From NCBI GenBank assembly GCA_963710755.1, contig CAVQBK010000004.1, positions 177,779 through 241,778 of the forward strand: a stretch of DNA of 64,000 nt, read 5' to 3'. Position numbers and translations under genes: made by a program. This DNA is from an uncultured bacterium (lineage in GTDB: Bacteria > Oederibacteriota > JAAXVQ01 > JAUVAV01). This document shows positions 19,301-29,421 of the stretch, piece by piece (the first letter of the stretch is position 1; each line of letters opens with the position of its first letter). The notes beneath the pieces were generated by a model. The model ran no database searches. It was not told the DNA's origin and worked only from the letters and a program-made list of their open reading frames with translations.

Positions 19301-22300
19301 CCCAGCCTGAATCAAAAAGCGACCCAGCTTATCTGGCCGCCTTGGAAGCCATGCAACAAAATCTTCTGTCCGCGCAAGCCAGTTTTCAGGAAACCTTAAA
19401 AGACAGTCATCTGGCCTTCTTGAAAATGTCGGAATCCATGTTCAGTGACTTCACAGGCCAGCCTTCGTCTGCACCAGCAGCAGGTCCTCCTGCGGCCCCT
19501 GCGGAAATAGCGGCTGCTCCACCAACATCGGCCAAGAAAGTGGCAGCACCTGAAAGCCCAAGGCCTGCGGCCAGGCCCGCGTCTTCCACGGTCTTGACGG
19601 CACCTGCTCAAGACATGAGCAAGATTATTCTGTCTGTTGTGGCGGAGAAAACAGGGTACCCGGAAGAGATGCTGACGTTGGATCAAGATTTGGAATCAGG
19701 CCTGGGCATTGATTCCATCAAGCGGGTGGAGATAGTTTCAGCCTTGCAGGCGGCTATTCCGGCCTTGGCGCAAGCGCAGCCGGAGACGTTGGCAGGCATG
19801 AGAACCTTGGGGGACATTTTAAATTATTTAAATCAACACCAACAGGCTGCGGTTCCTGCAGCTCCAGCGCCATCACCACAACAGGATTCCAGGCAAGTGA
19901 TTTTGTCCATTGTGGCGGAGAAAACAGGGTACCCGGAAGAGATGCTGACGTTGGATCAGGATTTGGAATCAGGCCTGGGCATTGATTCCATCAAGCGGGT
20001 GGAGATAGTTTCAGCCTTGCAGGCGGCTATTCCGGCCTTGGCGCAAGCGCAACCGGAGACGTTGGCAGGCATGAGAACCTTGGGGGACATTTTAAATTAT
20101 TTAAATCAACACCAACAGGCTGCGGTTCCTGCAGCTCTAGTGCCATCACCACAACAGGATTCCAGGCAAGTGATCTTGTCCATTGTGGCGGAGAAAACAG
20201 GGTACCCGGAAGAGATGTTGACATTGGATCAAGATTTGGAATCAGGTTTAGGCATTGATTCCATCAAGCGGGTGGAGATAGTTTCAGCCTTGCAGGCGGC
20301 TATTCCGGCCTTGGCGCAAGCGCAGCCGGAGATGTTGGCAGGCATGAGAAGCCTGGGGGACATTGTGGCCTTTCTTGGAGCCGCACCCTCAGCGCCCACC
20401 ATACCAGAGCCTAAGGTGCCCTTTACGCAGGAGCAAAACGTTAATAACAACAAGCCCGTAGTCTTGGAGCGGTATGTGGTCAAGGCTCGAACTGCAACGT
20501 CCTCAGGGTTGGGTTTAAAAGGGCTGGCTCCAGGCCAACAGCTTTGGCTGATTCCTGATAACCACGGCATTGCCGAGGCCTTGGCACAACGTCTCAGGGA
20601 CAGTGGGCTAAACGTTAAAATCAGCTTGTCTTTGCCCCAGGAAGCAAACGCCGTAATTTACTTGCCCGGCCTTAATCGCCTTAAAGGAGAAGATTCTGTT
20701 GAAAACGCCCGCCGGATTCTCAAGGAAGCCTTTCAGGTGGCCCGGCAGATGGCCCAGGCCAATCCGGCCTTGTTGGTCGTGGCCTATGATGGTCGCATTG
20801 ACCAAGACTATGGCCAGGCGATGGTGAGTGGTCTAGGCGCCCTGGTGGCTACCGCTGGCTGGGAATGGCCGGAAACAGCCCTAAAAAGCATGGCCCTCCA
20901 TTGGCAGCCTGGAGAGATCAGGACAGCAGCGGAAACTTTATTTCAAGAACTGATCAACGGCGCGTCCGATCAGGAGGTGCTGTTGGACAACCATCTAGAC
21001 CGCCGGCTGGTAGAAATGAAAAAAAAGGCGCGGTCATCCCGTCACCAACCGCTTAAAAGCGGCGATGTTGTGGTGGTAAGCGGCGGTGCCCGGGGCGTCA
21101 CGGCCGCCTGCCTGCTGGCCCTGGCCAAAGAGGTTGATATTAAAATAGCCCTTTTAGGCCGAACCGCCTTGCAGACCCAATGGGCCGAGCTCGATGGATT
21201 AAACAGCGAACCTGAGCTCAAGCAGGCGCTGCTGCGCCGGCAGAAACAAGACGGTCGCACCTTGTCGGTGCTGGAGCTGGAAAAAGAGACCAAGGCTGTG
21301 CTGGCCAACCGCGAAATTCACCAGACCTTGGCTGCTTTGCAGGCGTTGGGACGGGAAGTGGATTACTTTCAAGTGGACATTAAAAACCGGCAGGAGGTGG
21401 CACACTGCCTGCAGACGGTGAGGGCCAAATGGGGTGCTGTCAATGTGCTTATTCATGGGGCCGGGGTGCTGGCTGACAAGACCATTGCCGCCAAAAGCGA
21501 CGACCAATTCGACCAGGTGGTGGATACCAAGGTAATGGGCTTGCTCCATCTGTTGGATGCCACCAGGGAGGATAACCTCAGTCATCTTTGCTGCTTCTCC
21601 TCCATTGCCGGCCGTTTGGGCAATGCCGGGCAAGTCGATTATGCCATAGCCAACCGTGCGCTCAATGCCCTGTGTCTGCAGGAAAAAGCCAGGCGGCAAG
21701 GCCGATGCGTGGTGAAAGCCATAGGCTGGGGCCCCTGGGAAGGTGGCATGGTCACGCCGGCCCTGCAGGCTTATTTTCAGCAACAGGGACTGGGCTTGAT
21801 TCCCCTGGAAGCCGGCAGTGCTGCCTTTGTGGAGGAATTGACAGAGGCGGATCCCGAGTCAGTGGATGTGCTTATCGGTGTGGCCATGACCGCGTGGCAA
21901 CAAGGGCACCGTAAAAACCAAGCTCAGGCCGGCTGGTCTCTGTGGCTTCAGGCCGGCCAGCAACCGCTGATGTTGGATCATGTAATTAATCACCGGCCAG
22001 TGGTGCCCATGATGCTGGCAGTGGAATGGTGCGCCCGGGCAGCGGCCGGTCGTTATCCTGAAAAAGTCTTGACCCAAGTGGAATCGTTGCAAGTGCTCAA
22101 AGGCCTGCGACCCGATCATTTCAACGATCAGGGTACATGGCTGGAGCTCTCCTGCCGGGACGTGCAACATGAGGCAGCCGTGCAGATGCAGTTTACCTTG
22201 TCCGATCAGGCCGGACGGCCTGCGTATGTCATGACCTTGCATCTGGAAGACCGCTATCCTGCTTCAGCAGCGCCGGTGCCTTTATCTGACCTTGAGCCTT

Positions 22301-22722
22301 GGCCCATGACCGATGTTTATGGAGACCTGCTTTTTCATGGTCCGGCTTTTCATGTTATCCGTGAACTCCTGGGTCAAGGGGAAAAGATTTGCTCAGCAGC
22401 CTTGGAACCATGCCAGCCTCTCCCAGGCCAAGCCTCCTGGCTTACACCAGTGGCTCTCCTTGATGGAGGTCTGCAAGTGGGGTTGTTGGCTTTGCATCGG
22501 CTGACCGGACAACTACAGCTGCCTCTGGGATTGGGACGATTGGTGTTTTACGAGCCCAGCCACCAGTGGACGGCCTGCCGTTGTGATCTTACCATCCATC
22601 AGGCAGACCAGCAGCAAGGGACTCTGTCAATGGCTTTTGTGGATGCCCAGGGCAACCTGCTGGCTGGCATGGAGCAGGTACGTTTTTATAAATATCATCC
22701 AACAGAAGGAAAGCGTTCGTGA
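16387..22722 (+). CDS. pfaA: PUFA synthase PfaA (Pfa2-like): KS-MAT-ACPx3-KR-DH
   Basis: KS DAACASS/EAHGTGT/GHTK; AT GHSYGE and AFHS (malonyl type); three LGIDSIKRVEI ACPs; KR GGARGV..YAIAN; PKS-type DH DHVINHRPVVP; GGAGG RBS. Confidence 0.95.
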   Translation: MEKAVHQLEAPIAVVGLSALFPGSQEVAGFWADIVTGKNMITQVPPTHWLVDDYYDPSPGQEGKVYAKTGAFLQDVDFDPLTFGIPPKLLSSIDTVQLLALLGAQQLLDRLPSMQKQLLDRSKTSVILGVAAGTELISEMAAKIQYPIWVKVLREKGLPETQVQDICRSISSHYVPWDENTFPGLLANVVAGRIANRLNLGGTNCTVDAACASSLAAVAMAVQELRLGHTDLAITGGCDALNDIFMYMCFSQTHALSRSGDCRPFSDQADGTVLGEGLGLLGLRRLQDAERDQDPILAVIHGIGSASDGKAKSIYAPVASGQALAIKRAYERSPYNLKEVELIEAHGTGTAAGDVAEVEGLQLAFRDSGAKPQPYCALGSVKSQMGHTKSAAGAAGLIKAILSLHHKILPPTIKITKPNPTLNLEQSPLYLNTEARPWIHMPQSTRKAGVSAFGFGGSNFHITMEEYKGPHQADRFYSAPVSLVLLSADNQQALEERLRQLLQDLEQMTLTYLAKTSQLNFRAQQPLRLALLMKDAHVGRSLAQQCLQKINQAPSEAFSLAGQAYFQTTATMPKIALLFPGQGSQYVGMTKDLCLAFDAARSIWDQSLAWQAADAEPALHEVVFPKPVFDDQARQAQAETLKQPQWAQPALGAVALCYWTLLQQLGIKPAAVAGHSYGELPALFAAGAIPSSQMLLTISRKRGQLMHDASHSSGGMTAVAAGMSQVQDLLRRHNLDLTIANINSPRQVVLSGPLATLEALEKQLQAQGLVFKRLPVAAAFHSPKLETVVPAFEEVLKMQTLKSPSCPVMANSTAAPYPTQAAQVRSQLARQLSQPVLFEQQINALYEQHHVRLFLECGPGNVLTGLTRDCLAGKPHMAISLDGGRRVNGVTAFWDGLAQLAAAGVSLTFNPLWANIRVDQKLVKASKTSIKINGANVGKLYPPPGGTSALPLPNQEMQPSLTMAPASPAAMTQPESKSDPAYLAALEAMQQNLLSAQASFQETLKDSHLAFLKMSESMFSDFTGQPSSAPAAGPPAAPAEIAAAPPTSAKKVAAPESPRPAARPASSTVLTAPAQDMSKIILSVVAEKTGYPEEMLTLDQDLESGLGIDSIKRVEIVSALQAAIPALAQAQPETLAGMRTLGDILNYLNQHQQAAVPAAPAPSPQQDSRQVILSIVAEKTGYPEEMLTLDQDLESGLGIDSIKRVEIVSALQAAIPALAQAQPETLAGMRTLGDILNYLNQHQQAAVPAALVPSPQQDSRQVILSIVAEKTGYPEEMLTLDQDLESGLGIDSIKRVEIVSALQAAIPALAQAQPEMLAGMRSLGDIVAFLGAAPSAPTIPEPKVPFTQEQNVNNNKPVVLERYVVKARTATSSGLGLKGLAPGQQLWLIPDNHGIAEALAQRLRDSGLNVKISLSLPQEANAVIYLPGLNRLKGEDSVENARRILKEAFQVARQMAQANPALLVVAYDGRIDQDYGQAMVSGLGALVATAGWEWPETALKSMALHWQPGEIRTAAETLFQELINGASDQEVLLDNHLDRRLVEMKKKARSSRHQPLKSGDVVVVSGGARGVTAACLLALAKEVDIKIALLGRTALQTQWAELDGLNSEPELKQALLRRQKQDGRTLSVLELEKETKAVLANREIHQTLAALQALGREVDYFQVDIKNRQEVAHCLQTVRAKWGAVNVLIHGAGVLADKTIAAKSDDQFDQVVDTKVMGLLHLLDATREDNLSHLCCFSSIAGRLGNAGQVDYAIANRALNALCLQEKARRQGRCVVKAIGWGPWEGGMVTPALQAYFQQQGLGLIPLEAGSAAFVEELTEADPESVDVLIGVAMTAWQQGHRKNQAQAGWSLWLQAGQQPLMLDHVINHRPVVPMMLAVEWCARAAAGRYPEKVLTQVESLQVLKGLRPDHFNDQGTWLELSCRDVQHEAAVQMQFTLSDQAGRPAYVMTLHLEDRYPASAAPVPLSDLEPWPMTDVYGDLLFHGPAFHVIRELLGQGEKICSAALEPCQPLPGQASWLTPVALLDGGLQVGLLALHRLTGQLQLPLGLGRLVFYEPSHQWTACRCDLTIHQADQQQGTLSMAFVDAQGNLLAGMEQVRFYKYHPTEGKRS
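19620..20370 (+). repeat. Three near-identical ACP-coding repeats at 273-bp spacing
   Basis: GTGGCGGAGAAAACAGGGTACCCGGAAGAG at 19639, 19912 and 20185. Confidence 0.95.
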
Positions 22723-25700
22723 GCTCCTGGGAACCGATTGCCATCATTGGACAAGGTTGTCTGCTGCCGGGATGTTTTAGTCCGGAAGCGTTATGGACAA
22801 CAGTGGCCCAAGGCCAAGTAAACCTGACACCTATGCCGGAAGGGGATTGGTCAATCAGCGGTTCTTCAGGCAACAGGCCAAGCTGGTTTCAAAAAATACC
22901 CAGACTCGGTGGGCATATTGAGGGGTTTGCAGATCATTTCAATCCCCAAGATTATGCCCTCGACCCGGCACTTACAGCAGCCTTGGATCCCTTGTTCCAA
23001 TGGACGCTGGCAGTGGTGCGCCAGGCGCTGGCCTCGGCCGGTGAAGCCAACCAACGCTATTTAAAAGATACGGGACTATATTTGGGTAATTTATCGTACC
23101 CCACGATGGCGTTTCGCCGGTATTTTGAAGAGACCTATGAGGAGGCGCTTTTTCCCGGCAGCGCCCATGGCCCTGCCAAGACGCATGCCCTCAACCGGTT
23201 TATGTCCGGCGGACCGGCTCTGCTCGTTAAGCAGGTGTTTGGCTTGGGATTGGAGGCTGTGGCCTTGGATGCAGCCTGTGCCTCCAGTTTGTATGCGCTT
23301 AAATTTGCCTGCGACCAATTACAAAATCAAAGCGCTAAAATGATGCTGGCGGCCGGCATCAATGGCGTAGAACCCTTTTTCCTGCAAGCTGGGTTTGCTT
23401 CGGTGAAGGCCGTCAGTCCCAGTGGACAGAGCCGTCCTTTTCACCGTGAAGCCGACGGTCTGATACCGGCCAATGGCGCGGCCTGCGTGGTGCTCAAACG
23501 GATGAGCGATGCGGTTCGCGATCAGGATACGATCATGGGGGTTATTCAAGGGCTGGGGTTGTCCAATGACGGACACAGCAGAAGTTTTCTCTTACCAGGC
23601 AGTGCCGGGCAGGTACGTTGTATGCAGGCTGCTTTTGATCAGGCCGGCATAAGCCCGGCAGAGATTGGTTATGTGGAATGTCATGCCACCGGCACGGCCA
23701 GTGGAGACCAAACTGAGATCAGAAGCATGGCCCGTATCTTTAACGGGGTAAATCAATTGACCATTGGTTCTTTAAAGGCCAACCTGGGTCATTTGATTAC
23801 AGCTTCCGGGCTGGCCGGGCTGATCAAAGTACTGGCGGCCATGCACCATGAGCTTCTGCCGGCGACGCCCAATGCTTTTCCAGTCATGCCGGAGTTGGAG
23901 CAGACACCTTTTCATGTGCTGGAAAAATCCGAGCCGTGGCGGGCCAAAAGCAGGTTGGCTTGTATAAGCAACTTTGGATTTGGCGGCAATAATGCCCACG
24001 TGATTGTGAGCCAATACCATCCTGCCCACCGCAAACCCAAAGCCTCCAAGCCTGCGGTCAAACCCAAGGCCGTGGCTGTGGTGGGTCTGGCGGTTCGCGC
24101 ACGCCAACTCAGCAGCCGGGCTGATCTGCTGGAGTTTTTATTAACCAACCAGACCAATCCCGCAGAGACTCTGGAGTCCATGAATTTGCCTGCAACTGAA
24201 TTGACTTCCCCGCCCAAGGATCTGGAGCAAGCCCTGGGTCAGCAATTGCTTCTGCTCGATTTAGCGCGAAAAGCTTTGCAATCAGTGACCACCATCGATG
24301 CCAGTGCCACCGGGGTTTTTATAGGCATGGGCATTGATGCAGAGGTCAATCGTTTTGGGCTGAACTGGCGGCTGCCAACCCTGTTGACCCAATGGGGCGT
24401 CTCGCTAAAGAATCAAGAGCAATCGTTAAAGACGGCTATTGGGCCGGAGCTGACCGCCGCCGGTTTGGTGGGGACCATGCCCAATATTCCGGCCAACCGC
24501 CTTAACCACCATTTTGATTTTCAGGGGCCGGGGTTGACTATTGCCTGCGAGGAGCTTTCCGGCGACCATGCTTTGGCCTTGGCAGCCCAAGCCATTGGCC
24601 AGGGCGAACTGCGTGCTGCATTGGTGGGCGCTGTGGATTTTTCCCAGGAGAAGATGCATGACCGTGCCGCCCGTAACCTGGGCCTGCTTAAGACCGGGCA
24701 AACAGGTCTGGATGGCGGAGTGGTGATGGTGCTCAAGAATAAAGAAGACGCTCTGGCTGACGGCGATACCATCCTGGCGACCCTGGAAAAAAGCGCTTCT
24801 CCGACGCCTGCGTTAATGATAAGCAACAGTCCCCAAGCAAGCCCGCTTTTGCCGGGCCTGGGGCACAGCCATGCTGCTTCCGGGTTACTGCATATTGCCG
24901 CAGCCATGCTCCTGGCTGCTCAGCGGGCTACGCCTGGTTCTCATTCCGGGCCTGCCGGCCCTGGGCAGGCCCTGGCTGCAACCCATCAAGTGACCATCCA
25001 CAATCAATCCTTTTTGGGCAGCACCAAGACCACCCACCTGCGCCATGACGCTGTAAGCGACCAGCCACAGCTGAGCCTGCGCGCAGGACCAAAGCTTAGC
25101 TTGTATGCTGCGGACGACCGCCTGGGACTTAGGCGCGCTCTTGAACAAGATCGTCCCCATGGCAAAGGGCCTTGGCGGGTGGCTTTTTTTGGTTCTTCAC
25201 AGGAAAAAAACACACTCCGGCAAAAGGCGCTGCAGCACCTGCAGCAGGATAAACCGGCTGAAGGCTGGCACCCTGATGGGTTTGCTTTTGGCAGCGCTGC
25301 TGTGCCCGGGGAGCTGGCCTTTGTCTATACCGGTGCTGCTGCCGCCTATGCGCAAACAGGGCGCAGCCTGTGGATGACCTACCCCGGCTTGGTGCAAGGA
25401 CTGCTGGATAAAATCAAAGATCCCCAAAAAGCGCGGCAATGGATTCAAACGGCCTGGACCGATGAGTTTCGTCAACCCTTTCATCAGCTTATCGGTACCA
25501 CGGTCATGGCTCAGATTCACACCCAATGGAGCCGTAAGGTGCTGGGCTTGAAACCCAAAGCCGCTATTGGCTTGTCAGCCGGTGAAACCAACGCGCTTTT
25601 GGCTTTTGATTTATGGCAGGACATGGACTTGTTGTTGGAAGAAATTGAAAAGAGCGGCACCTACACCCACGCCCTGGGCGGACCATTTGAAGCTGTGGCC

Positions 25701-28700
25701 ACCTATTGGGGAAGCAATCAGCAAGCAACGGTGGCGTGGGAGAATTGGCGTCTCTTCGCTCCCCGCGAAGTGGTGGAAGCAGCCTTGAAACAAGAGCAGC
25801 ACCTGTATTTAACCATTGTGTACACCGACCAGGACTGCATGATCGGCGGCGACGCCCAGGCCTGCCGTCGCGTGGTGGACGTTGTTGGCAAGGATCGCGC
25901 CGTGCTGGTAGACAATCAATTTGCCATTCATTGTCCACCGGTCCAGGCTTTTAGCGAAAGCTGGCGCAAGCTTCACACCCGGCCCATGACACCGGTTAAG
26001 GGGATTAAACTTTATTCCAGTTTTTTTGGGGGTGTCTACGATCCCACGGTGGAGCGTATTGCTCAGGCCTTGACCGGCCAGGCGGTGGGGGTTATCGATT
26101 TCCCTAAATTGATCCGTCAGGCCTGGCAGGATGGTCTGAGGATTTTTGTGGAACACGGCCCCAGAAGTACGCTCACCTCATCCATCAACACCATTCTGAA
26201 AGACAAACCCCATCTGGCGCTCGCTTGGGATAAATATGGTCATGATCCTCTGCACCAACTGTATAAGACAACCTGCGAATTGTGGTGTGCCGGCGTGGAG
26301 GTTGCTTGTCCGTTGGATCTGCAGGCAGCTGGCTCCAATGATCATCAGCCCAGGCTGATGACTTTTAATCTGCACAAACCGGAGATCAGGCTGTCATCAA
26401 GCGATTCTGAGCCAATGGCACCACCGCCACCGATTCAGGAAATCACCGCTGAGAAAGCGCAGCCCACCGCCCGGAGGCTGCCACCTGCACCCCGCCTGGC
26501 CCCGGTGCTTGACATTAAAGACGGCCAGGCCGGCGCGGAACCCCGGCCAAGTTCCATAACGCAGGAAGGGCCAGTGCCCGCCAATTTTGCGGAGCCCCGA
26601 TCCGAGTCCGCCATAGACAGGGTCAAACGCTTCCATGACCGATTGCTGGAAGCGCAACAAGCCTATCTCAGCCGGCAGGCTGAAGCTTATCAGGCCACCT
26701 TGCAGGTCTTGCAAAACCTGGAGACCACAACACCGGTCAACATCAAGGTGGATCAGCAACCGGAGGCTAAAAGCTCGGACAGTATGCTCCCCACAACCAC
26801 AGCAGGAATGAGCCAGCCGTCTGCCTTGGCGGCAGATCAGCATAACCGGACGGCTGAGGTTGGGGCCGGCCGATGCTTCGATCATCAGGCCTTGCTGATC
26901 CATAGCGCCGGGAAGATCTCCGACCTTTTTGGAGCGCTTTTTCAAAAGCAGGATACCTATGCGGTTCAGGTCCGGCTGCCGGAGCCGCCTTTGCTGCTGG
27001 CGGACAGCATTATGGGCCTGGAAGGAGAGCCGGGCAGCCACGGACAAGGCTCGTTGTGGTCGGAAACAACAGTGCATGCGGACAGCTGGTATTTGCATCA
27101 TGGCCGTATGCCGGCCGGTATTTTTGTGGAATCGGGGCAGGCGGATTTGTTTTTGATTTCCTGGCTGGGTGCTGATTTATTAAATCAAGGTGAGCGTGCC
27201 TACCGGCTGTTGGGGTGCGAACTGACCTACCATGGTGAATTGCCCAAACCGGGCGATGTCTTGCGCTACCACATTACCATTACCGGTTATGCCCAACAGG
27301 GCGGTGTACGGTTGTTCTTTTTTGAAAATGATTGCTGGATCAATGGGGAACGCCGGCTGTCCGTGCGTCACGGCCAGGCCGGCTTTTTTACAGCGCAAGA
27401 GTTGCAGGCTTCCGCCGGAGCCTTGTGGGATCCGGCCGCGGCGCCTTATGCACCACAGGCTAAAATAGAATGGCTTGAGCGCCATACCACCAAGCAGGCT
27501 TTTTCAGAGCAGGAGGTGACGGCCTATACCCAGGGAGATATAGCCGCTTGCTTTGGGGAGGCATTTAAAGATACGGCCACCCACACCCGTACGCCGCGCA
27601 GTCAGGAAGGGCGTATGAATTTTATTGGTGCTGTCACAACCTATGACCTTCACGGCGGCCCGGCCGGACAGGGTTATCTGCGTGCAGAGACGGCCATTGA
27701 TCCCAAAGCCTGGTATTTTGATTGCCACTTTAAAAATGATCCCTGCATGCCCGGCACCTTGATGGCGGAAGCAGGATTGCAATTAATGGCTTTCTATATG
27801 ACCGGTGCGGGCCTCACGATCACCAGGGATGGTTGGCGTTTTGAACCTGCTACCGGGCAATCTTTTAAATTCGTCTGCCGGGGCCAGGTGGTGCCTTCCT
27901 CACGGCACATGACTTATGAACTTTTTGTGGATGAGCTGATCAGCGGTCCTCAGCCCAGCTTGCGGGCCCATTTACTCTGCACGGTGGATGGGGTTAAGGC
28001 TTTTTTGTGTGAGCATATGGTTCTGCGCCTGGTGCCTGATTGGCCGCTGACGTCCATGCCGGACCTGTTGGCTTCATTGGAAAAAGAGCTGGCCTTGCCC
28101 TGTGCGGAATTTGAAGGATTCACATTTGATCATCGTTCCTTGCTTTATGCCGCCTTGGGCCAACCGTCGCTGGCCTTTGGACCGCGTTATCAGCCCTATG
28201 ATCATGAAGTGAGGCCCTTGCGCCTGCCCGGTCCGCCTTTTCATTTCATGAGCCGCATTGTTGAGCTGCAGGCCCAATTCGGCGTCAGCCAGGGGAAGCC
28301 TGCCATGGATTGCGACTATGATATTCCGGCTGAAGCCTGGTATCTGAGGGAAAATCCGTCCGGGCTCATGCCTTTCTCGGTGCTCATGGAAATTGGGTTG
28401 CAGCCTTGCGGCTGGCTGGCCGCTTTTACCAATCCGCCGGAAATGATTGGCCGGGAATGGACGATCCGCAATTTGGACGGTACCGCTCGAATCGAGGAGC
28501 CTATGGTCAATGTTGGTCAAACCATTCATACCCATCTGGTGCTGATCTCCTCCTTCCGGACGGAGGAAGTGATTATCAATAAGTATGAGGTGGAATGCAG
28601 GCTGAATGGCAGGATGGTTTTGCGTATGGATACTGTATTCGGCATTTTTCCACCTCAGGCCATGGGCCGGCAAAAGGGTTTTCCTGTGGAGGACAAGGAT

Positions 28701-29273
28701 AGCCAATGGCAACAAAGCTCAGGGCAGGCGCCTGTACGCTTGACTCCGGAAGCTTCGCCCCATCTTTTTCAGGGTACGGCGGCTCTGCCCGCAGGCCGGC
28801 TGCTCATGATAGAGCGCATTGTTCATGACAATCCCCAAGGCGGTGCTTTTGGTCAGGGCCTGCTGGTGGCGGAAAAAAAAGTGGAACCCGGCGATTGGTT
28901 TTTTAAAGCCCACTTTTACCAGGATCCTGTTCAGCCCGGGTCCTTGGGATTGGAGGCCATCATCCAAGTGCTTCAATATTTCCTGCTCAGCCGGCATCAC
29001 CATGAGGGTATGGTTCAGCCCGTGTTGGAGCCGGTGGAACTGGGGCAGGAGGTGGAATGGCATTACCGCGGTCAAGTCACACCTGCCTGTAGCCATATCC
29101 GGGTGGTGGTGACCATTAAAGAAACCGGAAAAGATGATCTGGGGCCATGGGTTCACGGCCAAGCCGGCTTATGGGCCGATCAATTGAAAATTTTCAATGT
29201 ACCTAAGATAAGCATGCGTCTTCGGGAAAAAGGCAGCTTAGCAACAAGTGCACAAAATAATAGTCATGAATAA
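22719..29273 (+). CDS. pfaC: Fused PfaB/PfaC (Pfa3-like): KS-CLF-AT followed by FabA-type DH and pseudo-DH domains
   Basis: KS DAACASS/ECHATGT/NLGHL; CLF-like ACEELSG (Glu at the catalytic Cys position); AT GLSAGE; FabA-like FDCHFKNDPCMPG and FKAHFYQDPVQPG; GTGA overlap with pfaA. Confidence 0.9.
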   Translation: MSSWEPIAIIGQGCLLPGCFSPEALWTTVAQGQVNLTPMPEGDWSISGSSGNRPSWFQKIPRLGGHIEGFADHFNPQDYALDPALTAALDPLFQWTLAVVRQALASAGEANQRYLKDTGLYLGNLSYPTMAFRRYFEETYEEALFPGSAHGPAKTHALNRFMSGGPALLVKQVFGLGLEAVALDAACASSLYALKFACDQLQNQSAKMMLAAGINGVEPFFLQAGFASVKAVSPSGQSRPFHREADGLIPANGAACVVLKRMSDAVRDQDTIMGVIQGLGLSNDGHSRSFLLPGSAGQVRCMQAAFDQAGISPAEIGYVECHATGTASGDQTEIRSMARIFNGVNQLTIGSLKANLGHLITASGLAGLIKVLAAMHHELLPATPNAFPVMPELEQTPFHVLEKSEPWRAKSRLACISNFGFGGNNAHVIVSQYHPAHRKPKASKPAVKPKAVAVVGLAVRARQLSSRADLLEFLLTNQTNPAETLESMNLPATELTSPPKDLEQALGQQLLLLDLARKALQSVTTIDASATGVFIGMGIDAEVNRFGLNWRLPTLLTQWGVSLKNQEQSLKTAIGPELTAAGLVGTMPNIPANRLNHHFDFQGPGLTIACEELSGDHALALAAQAIGQGELRAALVGAVDFSQEKMHDRAARNLGLLKTGQTGLDGGVVMVLKNKEDALADGDTILATLEKSASPTPALMISNSPQASPLLPGLGHSHAASGLLHIAAAMLLAAQRATPGSHSGPAGPGQALAATHQVTIHNQSFLGSTKTTHLRHDAVSDQPQLSLRAGPKLSLYAADDRLGLRRALEQDRPHGKGPWRVAFFGSSQEKNTLRQKALQHLQQDKPAEGWHPDGFAFGSAAVPGELAFVYTGAAAAYAQTGRSLWMTYPGLVQGLLDKIKDPQKARQWIQTAWTDEFRQPFHQLIGTTVMAQIHTQWSRKVLGLKPKAAIGLSAGETNALLAFDLWQDMDLLLEEIEKSGTYTHALGGPFEAVATYWGSNQQATVAWENWRLFAPREVVEAALKQEQHLYLTIVYTDQDCMIGGDAQACRRVVDVVGKDRAVLVDNQFAIHCPPVQAFSESWRKLHTRPMTPVKGIKLYSSFFGGVYDPTVERIAQALTGQAVGVIDFPKLIRQAWQDGLRIFVEHGPRSTLTSSINTILKDKPHLALAWDKYGHDPLHQLYKTTCELWCAGVEVACPLDLQAAGSNDHQPRLMTFNLHKPEIRLSSSDSEPMAPPPPIQEITAEKAQPTARRLPPAPRLAPVLDIKDGQAGAEPRPSSITQEGPVPANFAEPRSESAIDRVKRFHDRLLEAQQAYLSRQAEAYQATLQVLQNLETTTPVNIKVDQQPEAKSSDSMLPTTTAGMSQPSALAADQHNRTAEVGAGRCFDHQALLIHSAGKISDLFGALFQKQDTYAVQVRLPEPPLLLADSIMGLEGEPGSHGQGSLWSETTVHADSWYLHHGRMPAGIFVESGQADLFLISWLGADLLNQGERAYRLLGCELTYHGELPKPGDVLRYHITITGYAQQGGVRLFFFENDCWINGERRLSVRHGQAGFFTAQELQASAGALWDPAAAPYAPQAKIEWLERHTTKQAFSEQEVTAYTQGDIAACFGEAFKDTATHTRTPRSQEGRMNFIGAVTTYDLHGGPAGQGYLRAETAIDPKAWYFDCHFKNDPCMPGTLMAEAGLQLMAFYMTGAGLTITRDGWRFEPATGQSFKFVCRGQVVPSSRHMTYELFVDELISGPQPSLRAHLLCTVDGVKAFLCEHMVLRLVPDWPLTSMPDLLASLEKELALPCAEFEGFTFDHRSLLYAALGQPSLAFGPRYQPYDHEVRPLRLPGPPFHFMSRIVELQAQFGVSQGKPAMDCDYDIPAEAWYLRENPSGLMPFSVLMEIGLQPCGWLAAFTNPPEMIGREWTIRNLDGTARIEEPMVNVGQTIHTHLVLISSFRTEEVIINKYEVECRLNGRMVLRMDTVFGIFPPQAMGRQKGFPVEDKDSQWQQSSGQAPVRLTPEASPHLFQGTAALPAGRLLMIERIVHDNPQGGAFGQGLLVAEKKVEPGDWFFKAHFYQDPVQPGSLGLEAIIQVLQYFLLSRHHHEGMVQPVLEPVELGQEVEWHYRGQVTPACSHIRVVVTIKETGKDDLGPWVHGQAGLWADQLKIFNVPKISMRLREKGSLATSAQNNSHE

Positions 29274-29421
29274 ATGCATCATCAAGAAAAAGATAACTAA
29301 ACCCTGGTTTTAAAGGAAAAATAAATTATAAAATGTTAATAAAATTAAACATTGACATTGATAGATATAGGTAAAAGTGCGATACTAACCAGAACACCGG
29401 TATTAGAAGGGGGATGAACCC

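Noticed and set aside
8195-26156. Numerous alternative-frame ORFs over the bio, hppA and pfa genes
   Set aside because: Fully overlap well-supported genes and show no recognisable motifs
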